Positions 13,001 to 33,000 of a stretch of DNA of 64,000 nt are shown in pieces. The stretch spans positions 175,335 to 239,334 of the forward strand of contig NIVC01000033.1 in the NCBI GenBank assembly GCA_002269645.1. Reading direction: 5' to 3'. The first letter of the stretch is position 1. Each line of letters begins with the position of its first letter. Made by a program: the position numbers and the translations under genes. The notes under the pieces are model-generated. The model was not told the DNA's origin. It was given only the letters and a program-made list of their open reading frames with translations, and made no database searches. This DNA is from Macrostomum lignano (lineage: Eukaryota).

Positions 13001-14258
13001 ATCCTTCCTGAGGGATTTCAATCTATGAGGGTGAGGTCAGTTTTCACAGCAAGCTGGTGGAACCAACTGTAGCATGCAGGAAGGCCAGAGCAGAGCAGAT
13101 GCTGTGGACGCCCTGAACTGCTTCATCCGGGTAGAGGTCGGGCAGGTAATCCTCCAATGGTGACACCAGCTCGGTGACAATTCCAGTTAGCCAGGACTGC
13201 TGTATTGAGTCCAGGAACTTCACTATAGAAGGGTGGCGCACCGATTTGAGTACCTGCATTTTTTCAATGGAAAAAATTTAGTCATTAGACTATGACTGAG
13301 CTGGGCTAAGCAAGGTTCACTGATTCCAAATTGAAATACTATGAAATATAAATACTTGTCTAAATTTTAAACTCTTATTAGTTGCTACTTATTATTAAAA
13401 ATATTTAACCTTATTAGTTAGGTAGTATATAAAATTTAAAACAATTTGATTCTCTAATGACTTATGAGCAAGTAAAGTCTAAGTCTAATGTATTTCAAAT
13501 TTAAATAAGATAATAATTACTAAATTATGTCATAAAAAATATTCTCAAATTATATAATATATATATCTTTAATTTTTTTAATCTCAATATAATAAAAAGT
13601 ATATTTAACTATACTTTTATATATACTCGCTGAAATGGCTAACTAGCTATATTTTATAGATATTTTTATCAGTCTACTATTGAAACTAGTAAATATACAT
13701 CACAAGCCTATATCTTGGATTATATAAAATTCAATATATCTAAGCTGAGTAGATTGATCTATTGGTTTAATGTGTATCTCTTCCTAGATGACTGGCAACT
13801 CAAATGTGAAACCTTACAAGCATATATATATATCAAAGCAAAATTTTCCTATGTAAAAAAAATTTTATGTTGAAAATTTCAAAATTTTATTCATATACAT
13901 GTAACAAACCTTCTTCATTTCATAATAAATCAGACTTTATTTTGCTTAAAATTTATGCTCATTAATTTTTATTATTTATAACAATAAACAATGATCAATA
14001 TAACAATGTCAATATTGATAGAATTTAAAATAAATGACTTACAAGGGCATTTCTTAAGCACTCATTTGCAATTGCTTCTTCGTTGCTTTTATATATGAAG
14101 CATGTCAAAGATGAATTTATATGGGAAGACTTAACAAATTTATGATTAGCTTCAGTAACATGGAATGTTGAATACTCAATGCTATAGCTTCCAAACTTGT
14201 GAGTCTGCATATCATTAAAAGCAAACTCTGAGGCACTGACTGAAACATCGTTACCCAT
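4044..14258 (-). CDS. SCYL3: SCY1-like pseudokinase 3 (PACE1): N-myristoylation motif, pseudokinase domain, HEAT repeats, acidic low-complexity tail; 754 aa
   Basis: Exons 14043-14258, 13068-13253, 11130-11297, 9917-10296, 6480-6734, 5208-5633, 4044-4677. All junctions are GT-AG and phase-consistent, total 2265 nt. Motifs MGNDVS, LKSVRHP, HNNVC..WKLGGFE, LLPYLL and LLLGLRD match the SCYL3 family. Confidence 0.92.
4725..5182. repeat. 31-bp (AATCCGGAATCCCACACCCAAACCCATACCC) then 12-bp (CCACACTCAACC) tandem arrays, SCYL3 intron 6
   Basis: Directly visible. Confidence 0.92.
5695..6430. repeat. 21-bp minisatellite CCTAAATCCTCATTTCCCATT, SCYL3 intron 5
   Basis: Directly visible. Confidence 0.95.
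6762..7225. repeat. 21-bp minisatellite GGGCGGATTAAGGATCCT(C/T)AA, left of the piggyBac
   Basis: Directly visible; the array continues at 9615-9907. Confidence 0.95.
7226..9614 (-). mobile_element. Full-length piggyBac DNA transposon (2389 bp) in SCYL3 intron 4
   Basis: TTAA at 7222-7225 and 9615-9618. Termini are CCCCAAGACTGCG and (reverse complement) CCCCTAGACTGCG, a 13-bp TIR with 1 mismatch. Internal inverted repeats at 7328-7360 and 9545-9576 share the core GGCCTGC-N3-GCAGGCC. Confidence 0.95.
7661..9373 (-). CDS. piggyBac (PGBD4-like) DDD transposase, 570 aa, uninterrupted
   Basis: Catalytic triad contexts LSVDEEL, VVCDSWFGS and GGVDKLD; acidic N-terminus; C-terminal Cys-rich domain CRQC...CDHC...LCAVPCFGDWH. 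Confidence 0.95.
   Translation of the reverse strand: MAQAEHFDTDTDPEFEEGDDSFFTDDEDETEQGGMEMQEVDEGLAAAHGATNVWHACHPGQDQKPNQDPEFLGMPGVNPDLPQPENADEDPVAFSRMFLTPELLQKLCDWTNARAWREFEDLQDEQLPSRFSSWKDVTVNEISKFVAMSLYMGVVKKPEVTHYWSKSGFYSTPFFQQQACLPRDRFQQISSLLRFYDCSNFDAADPLAKARPFINCVSRICRNVYMPEKELSVDEELVLFRGRVLFRQYIPAKKARYGIKIYCLCEAKTGYVCNFLVHSSKAENDKFGQDLGCEGLSMSEKVLVETCRYVLDLGYHVVCDSWFGSHRLADYLLHHGTLLTCTVRANRGVPVELRDLAVPAPGCAFMRSGSVLAVKYVVRKASGTKTVYFIDTKNAAAIQHVHRTIQGNQEVVELKPLTATSYNSFMGGVDKLDSGLQPYSPNRRTQKWFAKLGAHFFLVLVRNGWVVYQSRGGSYDFLKFLELTIKGFIQTTGPARSRQIQAQPGTGPNRQQHLLKRLRPTGAQARPAKRCRQCYKSGRVKKTVYCCDHCQGNPGLCAVPCFGDWHANQN
9615..9907. repeat. Continuation of the 21-bp GGGCGGATTAAGGATCC array, right of the piggyBac
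   Basis: The unit register resumes exactly at the duplicated TTAA. Confidence 0.93.
11335..12925. repeat. 23-bp minisatellite GTTTGGGGCGATTCTTGTGACAA, SCYL3 intron 2
   Basis: Directly visible; contains a 468-bp internal duplication. Confidence 0.95.
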
Positions 14259-14874
14259 ATCTTTAAAACGTATGCTTTATCTGCGTACTTTAGTAAAAAT
14301 TAGTTTAAATAATTACGGTAATGTTACTTCATAAGTTCATCCATCATATCATACCAGAAAAAAGACAATAAAAAATATACTGTGCTAGTTGATGCACATG
14401 ATACACAAAACATGCCTATAAATATTAAGCTATCGCGTTCGCCTCAACTACAAGCTATGAATGAATATACTGCTTAGCATTACATTAAACTTGCCATACA
14501 AAGTAGTAACGGGAGTGCTTTGCAATAAAAACTTATTTGCTAATTTCAAATAATGAAATCAGTTCGTGAAATTCGTTTCTTAGACATTATTATTTTTATT
14601 TTCGTAGGTAAAATATTAGTTAACATGGCAAAAGCAACACAACTTAAATCAACTTTAAGAAATGTGTTTAAGTTTTCTAATCATGGGCTTTGTGTTTTAT
14701 AAATTACTAAATGCGCCACGCTAAGTAATTATTTTGTTTTAAATTGAAGTTGCTTACATTATCGTAGCAACAAAGCTTTTATTTTAAAATTCTTATCGCG
14801 AAAAATTTATTATTTTTTGTCACTTTGGGGTATACACTTTTTCAGGATATCATCCACTTTTTTCTGTAGAGATT
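14259..14874. promoter_or_regulatory. Putative bidirectional promoter between SCYL3 and AK8
   Basis: The divergent ATGs are only 616 bp apart; the region is very AT-rich and contains no satellite. Confidence 0.6.
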
Positions 14875-21859
<6,985 letters not shown>

Positions 21860-21993
21860 TGGAGCCGTTCGAAGGTTTTTTGCTGAGCCGACTTGGTCCG
21901 GGCCGTGACAGACTGTTTTTTAATATAATAACTCGACTGTTTTACCATTTTTACGTGAACTGCTTTGAATTGCTTGTTCTTGTGTTTTTTGAG

Positions 21994-21999
21994 AATAAA
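21994..21999 (+). terminator. Polyadenylation signal of AK8
   Basis: AATAAA 135 nt after the stop codon. Confidence 0.6.
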
Positions 22000-22071
22000 T
22001 AAACTCATTAGGTAATTAAGCGCTCTTTACCAGACTGATTGCTGACGACATCAACTTCACTGATTCACTGC

Positions 22072-22510
<439 letters not shown>

Positions 22511-22976
22511 AGACAGGCTGAGCAGCCAGAGCCGAGCCAGGCACAGAAATTGAATTCATTTCGGCAAGAAGCTCAGACACGGCAGCCATAAACGGCTCCC
22601 AGCTGATCTATGCCCGCCATAATTAGCCGCATTCTCCCTCACAAGAGCCCCCCCCCCCCACAAAAGGCTGCTTCGCAAAAGCCGCAGGGTGCGAATAGGA
22701 AAGGATTATCCCAATTGCCGGACTCGTAAAAGATTTCCCCTTTGATCAGCGGATGCGCGGAGAATCCGCCAAGAAGGCCAAGCAGAGGCGAATGCCAGCC
22801 AGCACTGGGTGAAGATTTTCGCCCTGGGCAGAAAAACCAAAATTTGATATTCAGGCGAATCGCCACTTTTGAAGATTTTTTAATCTGATTTGTGCTTTGA
22901 ACCATTTTCTAAGCGGCATATTGGCACCGGAATATCGGCGGTGTGCACTATGGAATATGCAGCGCAGTGAGATGCT

Positions 22977-25014
22977 GTAGATAGACACTGTAGATAGGAA
23001 CTGCAGATAGACACTGTAGATAGACACTGTAGATAGAAGATAGACACTGTAGATAGACACTGTAGATAGCCACTGTAGATAGACACTGTAAATAGACAGA
23101 CACTGTAGATAGATGCTGTAGATAGACACTGTAGATAGACACTGTAGATAGACACTGTAGATAGACAGACACTGTAGATAGATGCTGTAGATAGACACTG
23201 TAGATAGACACTGTAGATAGACACTGTAGATAGAAGATAGACACTGTAGATAGAAGATAGACACTGTAGATAGCCACTGTAGATAGACACTGTAGATAGA
23301 TAGACACTGTAGATAGACAGACACTGTAGATAGACAGACACTGTAGATAGATGCTGTAGATAGACACTGTAGATAGACAGACACTGCAGATAGATGCTGT
23401 AGATAGACACTGTAGATAGATAGACACTGTAGATAGACACTGTAGATAGTCACCGTAGATAGAAGATAGACACTGTAGATAGACACTGTAGACAGACACT
23501 GTAGATAGACACTTTAGATAGACACTGTAGATAGACACTGTAGATAGACACTGTAGATAGACAGACACTGTAGATAGACACTGTAGATAGACACTGTAGA
23601 TAGACACTGTAGATAGACAGACACTGTAGATAGACACTGTAGATAGACACCGTAGATAGAAGATAGACACTGTAGATAGACGCTGTAGATAGACACTGTA
23701 GATAGACACTGTAGACAGACACTGTAGATAGACACTGTAGATAGACACTGTAGATAGACACCGTAGATAGACACTGTAGATAGACACTGTAGATAGACAC
23801 TGTAGATAGACACCGTAGATAGAAGATAGACACTGTAGATAGACACTGTAGACAGACACTGTAGATAGACACTGTAGATAGACACTGTAGATAGACACTG
23901 TAGATAGACAGACACTGTAGATAGACACTGTAGATAGACACCGTAGATAGAAGATAGACACTATAGATAGACGCTGTAGATAGACACTGTAGATAGACAC
24001 TGTAGATAGACACTGTAGATAGACACTGTAGATAGACACTGTAGATAGACACTGTAGATAGAAGATAGACACTGTAGATAGACACTGTAGATAGACACTG
24101 TAGATAGACACTGTAGATAGACAGACACTGTAGATAGACACTGTAGATAGACACCGTAGATAGAAGATAGACACTATAGATAGACGCTGTAGATAGACAC
24201 TGTAGATAGACACTGTAGATAGACACTGTAGATAGACACTGTAGATAGACACTGTAGATAGACACCGTAGATAGAAGATAGACACTGTAGACAGACACTG
24301 TAGATAGACACTGTAGATAGACACTGTAGATAGACACCGTAGATAGACACTGTAGACAGACACTGTAGATAGACACTGTAGATACACAGTGTAGATAGAA
24401 ACTGTAGATAGACAGACACTGTAGATAGACACTGTAGATAGACACTGTAGATAGACACCGTAGATAGACACTGTAGACAGACACTGTAGATAGACACTGT
24501 AGATACACAGTGTAGATAGACACTGTAGATAGACAGACACTGTAGATAGACACTGTAGATAGACACTGTAGACAGACACTGTAGATAGACACTGTAGATA
24601 GACACTGTAGATAGACACCGTAGATAGACACTGTAGACAGACACTGTAGATAGACACTGTAGATACACAGTGTAGATAGAAACTGTAGATAGACAGACAC
24701 TGTAGATAGACACTGTAGATAGACACTGTAGATAGACACCGTAGATAGACACTGTAGACAGACACTGTAGATAGACACTGTAGATACACAGTGTAGATAG
24801 ACACTGTAGATAGACAGACACTGTAGATAGACACTGTAGATAGACACTGTAGATAGACACTGTAGACAGACACTGTAGATAGACACTGTAGACAGACACT
24901 GTAGATAGACACTGTAGATAGACACTGTAGACAGACACTGTAGATAGACACTGTAGATAGACACTGTAGATAGACACTGTAGATAGACACTGTAGATAGA
25001 CACTGTAGATAGAC
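22977..25014. repeat. 13-bp minisatellite GACACTGTAGATA
   Basis: Directly visible; source of the spurious 537-aa and 680-aa ORFs. Confidence 0.97.
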
Positions 25015-25555
25015 TATATTCAGCGGCTATAGAGTCCATCAAGTACTCAATATCTGTCAGCACAGCTGATTGATCTCTGAGCAGCCAGGGTCAACAAGCG
25101 CAGCAGCTCAGCCAGCTGTCAATAAGACATCGACCAGGAAGTGGGCGAGTTCCGCATACAGAGCTACTCGACGCGCTGTGCGTGACTCCGCCGGAGCGAC
25201 TCGCTCCCGCTGCAACCTCCGGGCCCTACAATTTGAAGCCTAATCCGGTCCGCGCGTTCACCGCAAGAGGCTGGATTGCATGCCTGAGGCGTCGAGCTCG
25301 CGAGCCCTACCAGAATAATTAGAGTCTGCAGGACTGGCAGCCACTGATAAGGGGAGATTTTCCTCCCCTTTGCTGCTGATTTTGATTTTGCTGCTGATAT
25401 CATCAGAAGGTCCTCCACTATCTGAATCTGAATGAGAAGTTCACTGGAGTCTCGTTTTCACCAGTGCTTAAACATTCTGGTGTCAACATGAGAACGATAC
25501 GTATGCTTGGATAAGTACGCAGTCATACGCGCAGGCAGACACAAAAAGGTTAAAC

Positions 25556-26892
25556 AACCAACCGAAACTCTAACCAAAACCCAAACCAAAACACTAATCA
25601 AAACCCTAATCAAAACCCTAACCAAAACCCTAACCGAAACCCTAATCAAAACCCTAACCAAAACCCTAACCAAAACCCTAACCAAAACCCTAACCGAAAC
25701 CCTAATCAAAACCCTAACCAAAACCCTAACCAAAACCCTAACCGAAACCCTAATCAAAACCCTAACCAAAACCCTAACCGAAACCCTAACCGAAACCCTA
25801 ATCAAAACCCTAACCAAAACCCTAACCAAAACCCTAACCAAAACCCTAATCAAAACCCTAACCAAAACCCTAACCAAAACCCTAACCAAAACCCTAATCA
25901 AAACCCTAACCAAAACCCTAACCAAAACCCTAACCAAAACCCTAATCAAAACCCTAACCAAAACCCTAACCAAAACCCTAACCAAAACCCTAACCGAAAC
26001 CCTAATCAAAACCCTAACCAAAACCCTAACCAAAACCCTAACCGAAACCCTAATCAAAACCCTAACCGAAACCCTAACCGAAACCCTAACCAAAACCCAA
26101 TTAAAACCCTAACCAAAACCCTAACTAAAACCCTAACCAAAACGCTAACTAAAACCCTAACCAAAACCCTAACTAAAACCCTAACCAAAGCCCTAACCAA
26201 AACCCTAACCGAAACCCTAATCAAAACCCTAACCAAAACCCTAATCAAAACCCTAACCGAAACCCTAATCAAAACCCTAACCAAAACCCTAACCAAAACC
26301 CTAACCGAAACCCTAACCAAAACCCTAAATAAAACCCTAACCGAAACCCTAACCAAAACCCTAACCGAAACCCTAATCAAAACCCTAACCAAAACCCTAA
26401 CCAAAACCCTAACCGAAACCCTAATCAAAACCCTAACCAAAACCCTAACCAAAACCCTAACCAAAACCCTAACCAAAACCCTAATCAAAACCCTAACCAA
26501 AACCCTAATCAAAACCCTAACCAAAACCCTAACCAAAACCCTAACCGAAACCCTAATCAAAACCCTAACCAAAACTCTAACCAAAACCCTAACTAAAACC
26601 CTAACCAAAACCCTAACCAAAACCCTAACCGAAACCCTAATCAAAACCCTAACCAAAACTCTAACCAAAACCCTAACTAAAACCCTAACCGAAACCCTAA
26701 CCGAAACCCTAACCAAAACCCAATTAAAACCCTAACCAAAACCCTAACTAAAACCCTAACCAAAACGCTAACTAAAACCCTAACCAAAACCCTAACTAAA
26801 ACCCTAACCAAAACCCAAACTAAAACCCTAACCAAAACCCTAACCAAAACCCTAAACAAAACCGTAAAAAAACTCTAACCAATACCCTAACC
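25556..26892. repeat. Telomere-like 12-bp array (AAAACCCTAACC)n
   Basis: Directly visible; the minus strand reads GGTTAGGGTTTT. Confidence 0.95.
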
Positions 26893-27537
26893 CTGTCTCG
26901 CCTTCCGAAGACTCTCACTCATAAACTCTCTATTTCGACACCCCCGACTCACAGACAGAGTCGATACAGACAGATACTACAGGCGCATAGCGCTTGTATG
27001 CAGACACATTTAAAGGCCCATAATCAGACTCATAAAGCTTCAAAATTTCCAAAGAGAAAGGCTACTTCATGCTCATAATTGCAGCTTTTAAAATAGAGCG
27101 ACCATTTCTCTCTCAGTGAATGCCGACCTCCCAGGGAATCTTTGCCTACTCAGATCAATACGGTCCATTGGCTAATCTCATACCGCTCCATTGTGCGGCC
27201 ATTGCACTCGCTTGAAAATCCGCACTGCTCACAAGCAACTTGGACACAGTCTAACACTGGAGCACTCCTGTGAGCCCGGGTGCCAGTTTTATAATGCCAC
27301 TTTCCCCAGAGCGGCGCCAGTGACTGACTGACAGGGCGCAACACTGGCTGAGAAAGGAAAGAAACCTCAATGCAGCTCAATAGGAGAGTGTCGTCTGCTC
27401 ACAGCTGACTGTCAGGGCAGCCTGGCAGGTCGTGCTGTCCAATATCTGGTGCCACTCGGCACTTGGCTATGAATTTTTAATAGCCACATTTCGCCAAGCA
27501 ATCCTTAATGAATGTTGTACTTTTAGGCCGCTTTTGT

Positions 27538-28793
27538 ATCTGGCTTAACCACGCTTAGTATCTGGCGTAACCACACTTAGTATCTGGCTTAACCACGCTT
27601 AGTATCTGGCTTAAACACGCTTAGTATCTGGCTTAAACACGCTTAGTATCTGGCTTAAACACGCTTAGTATCTGGCTTAAACACGCTTAGTATCTGGCTT
27701 AATAACGCTTAGTATCTGGCTTAACCAATCTTAGTATTTAGCGTAACCACTCCTAGTGTCTGGCTTAACCACGCTTAGTATCTGGCTTAAACACGCTTAG
27801 TATCTGGCTTAAACACGCTTAGTATCTGGCTTAAACACGCTTAGTATCTGGCTTAAACACGCTTAGTATCTGGCTTAAACACGCTTAGTATCTGGCTTAA
27901 ACACGCTTAGTATCTGGCTTAAACACGCTTAGTATCTGGCTTAAACACGCTTAGTATCTGGCTTAAACACGCTTAGTATCTGGCTTAAACACGCTTAGTA
28001 TCTGGCTTAAACACGCTTAGTATCTGGCTTAAACACGCTTAGTATCTGGCTTAATAACGCTTAGTATCTGGCTTAACCAATCTTAGTATTTAGCGTAACC
28101 ACTCCTAGTGTCTGGCTTAACCACGCTTAGTATCTTGCTTAACCACGCTTAGTATCTTGCTTAACCACGCTTAGTATCTTGCTTAAACACGCTTAGTATC
28201 TGGCTTAAACACGCTTAGTATCTGGCTTAATAACGCTTAGTATCTGGCTTAAACACGCTTAGTATCTGGCTTAACCAATCTTAGTATTTAGCGTAACCAC
28301 TCCTAGTGTCTGGCTTAACCACGCTTAGTATCTTGCTTAACCACGCTTAGTATCTTGCTTAACCACGCTTAGTATCTTGCTTAAACACGCTTAGTATCTG
28401 GCTTAAACACGCTTAGTATCTGGCTTAAACACGCTTAGTATCTGGCTTAACCAATCTTAGTATTTAACGTAACCACTCCTAGTGTCTGGCTTAACCACGC
28501 TTAGTATCTTGCTTAACCACGCTTTAGTATAAGGCTCAGCCGAGATTAGTACAAGGCTTAACCAAGCTTAGTATAAGGCTTAACCGAGATTAGTATAAGG
28601 CTTAACCGAGATTAGTATAAGGCTTAACCGAGATTAGTATAAGGCTTAACCGAGATTAGTATAAGGCTTAACCGAGATTAGTATAAGGCTTAACCGAGAT
28701 TAGTATAAGGCTTAACCGAGATTAGTATAAGGCTTAACCGAGATTAGTATAAGGCTTAACCGAGATTAGTATAAGGCTTAACCGAGATTAGTA
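27538..28793. repeat. 22-bp minisatellite CTTAACCACGCTTAGTATCTGG switching at ~28526 to CTTAACCGAGATTAGTATAAGG
   Basis: Directly visible. Confidence 0.95.
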
Positions 28794-30060
28794 ATAAAGG
28801 TATGGCGTATGATTAATTTTTTTTACTTTTCATTCGGACCCTGGATCAGCAGTCGATCACACTTCTACGTGCTTAAAAATCTTACGATTGCGAATATTTC
28901 GAATCGCTTTTTCTCCAGCACAAAACCTCTGTAGTAGTCAGTGGCATAAACTAAGGGCTTATTATTTAATATGAGCTGGCTTTTCTCTAACCCAGCTCTC
29001 AGTCAGTTGCTCAAAGGAACTCTGACATTATCGAATATTTAATAATTTGATACGAAGCTTCAGGCAGGGAGTAAAAGTGCATGAAGGGTCAGCTAAGGTC
29101 AAATATAATCTCGAATTACTTTCCTCCCGTCTCGAGCGCCAGCAAGAGAGGAGTGGCTTCCCATTTCGCTTCATATTTTCCCAGATCCGTGCTCATTAGC
29201 ATGCAAGCTCACGGTTTGCTGTTCCGGCTCTGCTTTGCCAAAGCAGACCGGCCAATGAATGCATTGATTTACCACGAAGAAATTCAACATCTTCGTTTTG
29301 CCGAGGTCTTCTTTCAGCAGCAGCAGCCAGCTGTGTAGCCAACCGCCTGGCTTCAGTTCTGCATTTTTATATTTACTGTTTGTTATACTCGATAAAATCT
29401 CGCACAGCGTTTACAAGTTTGAACAAAAATATTTTATTCAAATTGGTTATGAAAGAATGGTAGATGGGAAAATAAATATATCTGACGTATAGAGAAACCC
29501 TTGAGAGCTGCGACTGCGAGCCGTGAAAGAATGATGAGAATCTGCTAGCTTGACAGCAACTTTTAAAAAATGTAAGTGAAACAACAGCGGATTTTAACAA
29601 ATTCAGTAACTGAAAAATGCGATGCGCGGGAGAATTCATACACAGTTGAGGCGAGGTCTGCGATGCGGTAGAGTGCAGTAGATTAAGGACAGGTATTCGG
29701 CTTAATAAACCAGACAATAAAGTTAGCAACAGAAATTTTGTTTAAATAAACTCTACTTTAGGTGTCCGTGGTAGAAGATAGCGCAGTGCTTGGATATTGC
29801 TGCTTCTGCTGCAGCTAAATTTCGCGTGGTTCTGAAACCGCGGCCAAACCAGTTCGAAAAAAATAGTTTCAAGAATGCAAAATTAGAGTTAAATCTGTTA
29901 CAGAAGGTATAATATTTAAAAACGTTAATGAAGTTGGGAGAAACAGGCGTACTTCATTCTTCCTACGGAGAAATTAATGGTGGGATTCGCCGGTGCTTCT
30001 AGGAATTCATATTCTCCGGCTTTATTAACGACCATGCAGCGATCTTATTTGTTATTTCAC

Positions 30061-33000
30061 TTACAGCACGGCGCAGCTGGAGCGCGCCAAATGGGGACAG
30101 AAGCACTTTTGTTCGTTGCCATAGATCCACAGGGTGCCGTTCCGACCACGCCAGGTGTAATCTACCTGAGTCACGGGCACCGCGTGCAGCACCTGGCGCT
30201 GGCGCAGGATTCGAGCCTCGGTGCGTTTTGCCTGCTCGGCGTGATAATCCAGCATGGCCTGGGACAGCTGGCGCACCTCCTTGGAGAACTGCGTCAGCGG
30301 GAGGCCCTCCGCGGCCGAGTCGGTCTCGTGCAGCAGGACGCCGGTGACCTTCGACAGGCGACTCTCCAGCAGGTCCATGCGCTCGCACATCAGCTGGTTG
30401 GACGAGATGCTGTCGCTGGAATGATGACAGCGATTTGATTGAAGCGACGCAGGCGAAAGATTAAAGAAAAAATAGTGAACTAAGCTACATCCCCCGAAGA
30501 CCTAATCTAGAACAGTCTTAAACACACCAAGCTACATCTTCCGAAGCCCTAAGCTACAACAGTCTTAAACACACCAAGCTACATCTTCCGAAGACCTAAT
30601 CTAGAACAGTCTTAAACACACCAAGCTACATCTTCCGAAGCTCTAATCTAGAACAGTCTTAAACACACCAAGCTACATCTCCCGAAGCCCTAATCTAGAA
30701 CAGTCTTAAACACACCAAGCTACATCTCCCGAAACCCCGAAACCCTAAGCTATGACAATCTGCTCAGTTTACAGAAACTGAAAACTCACAATCGAACGGT
30801 GAGCTGCATGTAGCGCTGCAGTTTGCCCTTTCCCAGGCAGGCCTTGCAGTGCAGGTGGCCGACCCCGGTGCAGTAGGGGCAGCCGTACTCCCCGGTCTCG
30901 TTGCATTCGTGACACGCGTGCCGGCCGTACACCGCCTGCGACGGAAACTCCAGTCGGCGGCTGCCGGGCCCGGCGAAGTCGCCGCCGAAGCAGGTATCGC
31001 AGTCGGCGCGGCCGCTGCCGTGACAGGCGACGCACACCTGCCAGCCGCGCCCGTTGCAGGCGGAGCAGAGGATCACCCTGGCCGTGCCCGGGATGGCCAC
31101 GCGCTGCTCGGAGCTCTCGAACGGCCTGCCGCCCGGTCGGCACTCGATGTCCCACAGCGACTGTGGGAACTGCCGGCAGGCGTTCTTCAAGTTCTCCAGC
31201 GGCTCCACGGCCGAGTGAACGTTGCGGGTCTCAACGTACGTGTCTAGCGAGTACTGCGGACGGCGGGCAGGCTTGAGTTCTCAGACTCCGAAGGCACTCC
31301 TCAAAATCTCCCATAACTTTAAGAGCTTTAATCTCTTTGGTGATGAGGCATCGAAAGCAGAGAAATTTCACATTCGTCTTAATTCTCTACTGCAGAGACT
31401 CGTCCATCATCCATCATTTTTCAAGCCCTAAAGTGATGTCGTTCATGTGAAATTTCCCTTGAGAGGCGACGAGCTAGCCAAGTGGCAAAGTGACTGGTTG
31501 GCCGCATTACTCCCTCCCGAGTTGTTATAAAATTTACGACGAAAAATAAGCCCGGAAATTCCGAACAACCTTGCACCCCACTGAACTTGATGTATCTCTC
31601 TATTCTGGTCTGGTATTCCACCTGAACAAGTGCGGCTGTGCAACCCGCAGACTCCACCAACCTGGAAAGCCCTCCGCTGGCTGATATTCCGGAATTTAAT
31701 CTCTTTGATCTTGCCGCCGCACAGCAGGAAGTGCCTCCTGGCCCAGGCCTTCAAAGCGAGCCGGCACTCGTCTTCAGTGGCGGGGCTCAGACTGCAAGTT
31801 TAATTAAATGAGGGTTGAGCGCAGGTGAAAATTACTGTTAAACAAATTAATAACATATAGGCTAATTATAGATAGCATTAGTTACGGGTCCTACAGTAGA
31901 GGACTCAAATTAGATTTGCTTTTTTTCTGAACAACTGCGAGTTGACAAAAATAATCCCTCTGAAAAGTGACACCAATATTTCCTAAAAATACACAGTCTT
32001 CAGTCGCTAGCAACAAAGGGTGACAGAAAGCTACCCTTAAAAATAGCTGTAACTGCACACAGCTCGCCTAATGAGAGCAGGAGCGGCTCACAGTGAGGAA
32101 AAAACACGGAGCAGGAGACGGAACAGAGAGGGCTGGCCAACAACTGCCTACACGCCCTCACTGGGAGCCCCAGCTGTTGGTTGTCAAAGCAACACCGACA
32201 GAGTAGAGAGGGGAGATGCGAAAGCCTGAGCATGCACGGCCGCAGGAAATTGGCTTTGAGTTGCTCAAGAGAGTACAAATCCAGCGCACGCGCCTCTCGC
32301 ATGCCTTCATTCTCTATTCAAAAGTTCCCAACTCAGATCTCCGGTTCTCGCGCGCTTAAGGGAAGGACATTGCGTAGCAAACGGGTACTCTTCAAAATTG
32401 TGAAAAACATTTTCCCTAGTATAGTAGAGAGAGAAGTAGGGGACAGCGGAATCCAGTTCATTCCAGTTGACACGGTCGCGGTTTGAGGGGGTGGCGCGGC
32501 GACTGTGTTTATTACGACTGGGGGCGTGGCGTGCGGTCCTGGGGCTGGACGGGATTGATGGCCGCGGAATGGTGGATTTTTTCATTTTTTTGCTTGCGGA
32601 AAGCTCGGCCCGCCCACCACCCTCGGAGCGGAAGCAGCACTGTTTACCAAGCCGGCAGCCAAGAGTACTTATTCGGTACAGATCCCCGACCCCCGAGCAG
32701 TAGGCTGATGCAGCTAACTGCTTGCACAATATTGCGCAATGTCTCTATTGAGTCAGAGTAGTGCAAGAACTGCTACACGCTTTTAGAAACAACCAAAAAA
32801 CCAACCAACCAACCAACCAACCAACCAACCAACCAACCAACCAACCAACCAACCAACCAACCAACCAACCAACCAACCAACCAACCAACCAACCAACCAA
32901 CCAACCAACCAACCAACCAACCAACAACCAACCAACCAACCAACCAACCAACCAACCAACCAACCAACCAACCAACCAACCAACCAACCAACCAACCAAC

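Noticed and set aside
14619-14771. X-box in the AK8/SCYL3 promoter (GTTAACATGGCAAA; GTTGCT-N11-AGCAAC)
   Set aside because: The first has two mismatches and the second has the wrong spacing; both are too weak in AT-rich DNA.
25556-26892. True chromosome end
   Set aside because: The unit is a 12-mer variant rather than pure TTAGGG, and unique DNA and genes flank it on both sides.
32307-32729. Extra SSUH2 exon (140-aa minus-strand ORF)
   Set aside because: The exon ending at 33244 splices in phase directly to 31791; I found no compatible splice pair or family motif in this ORF.
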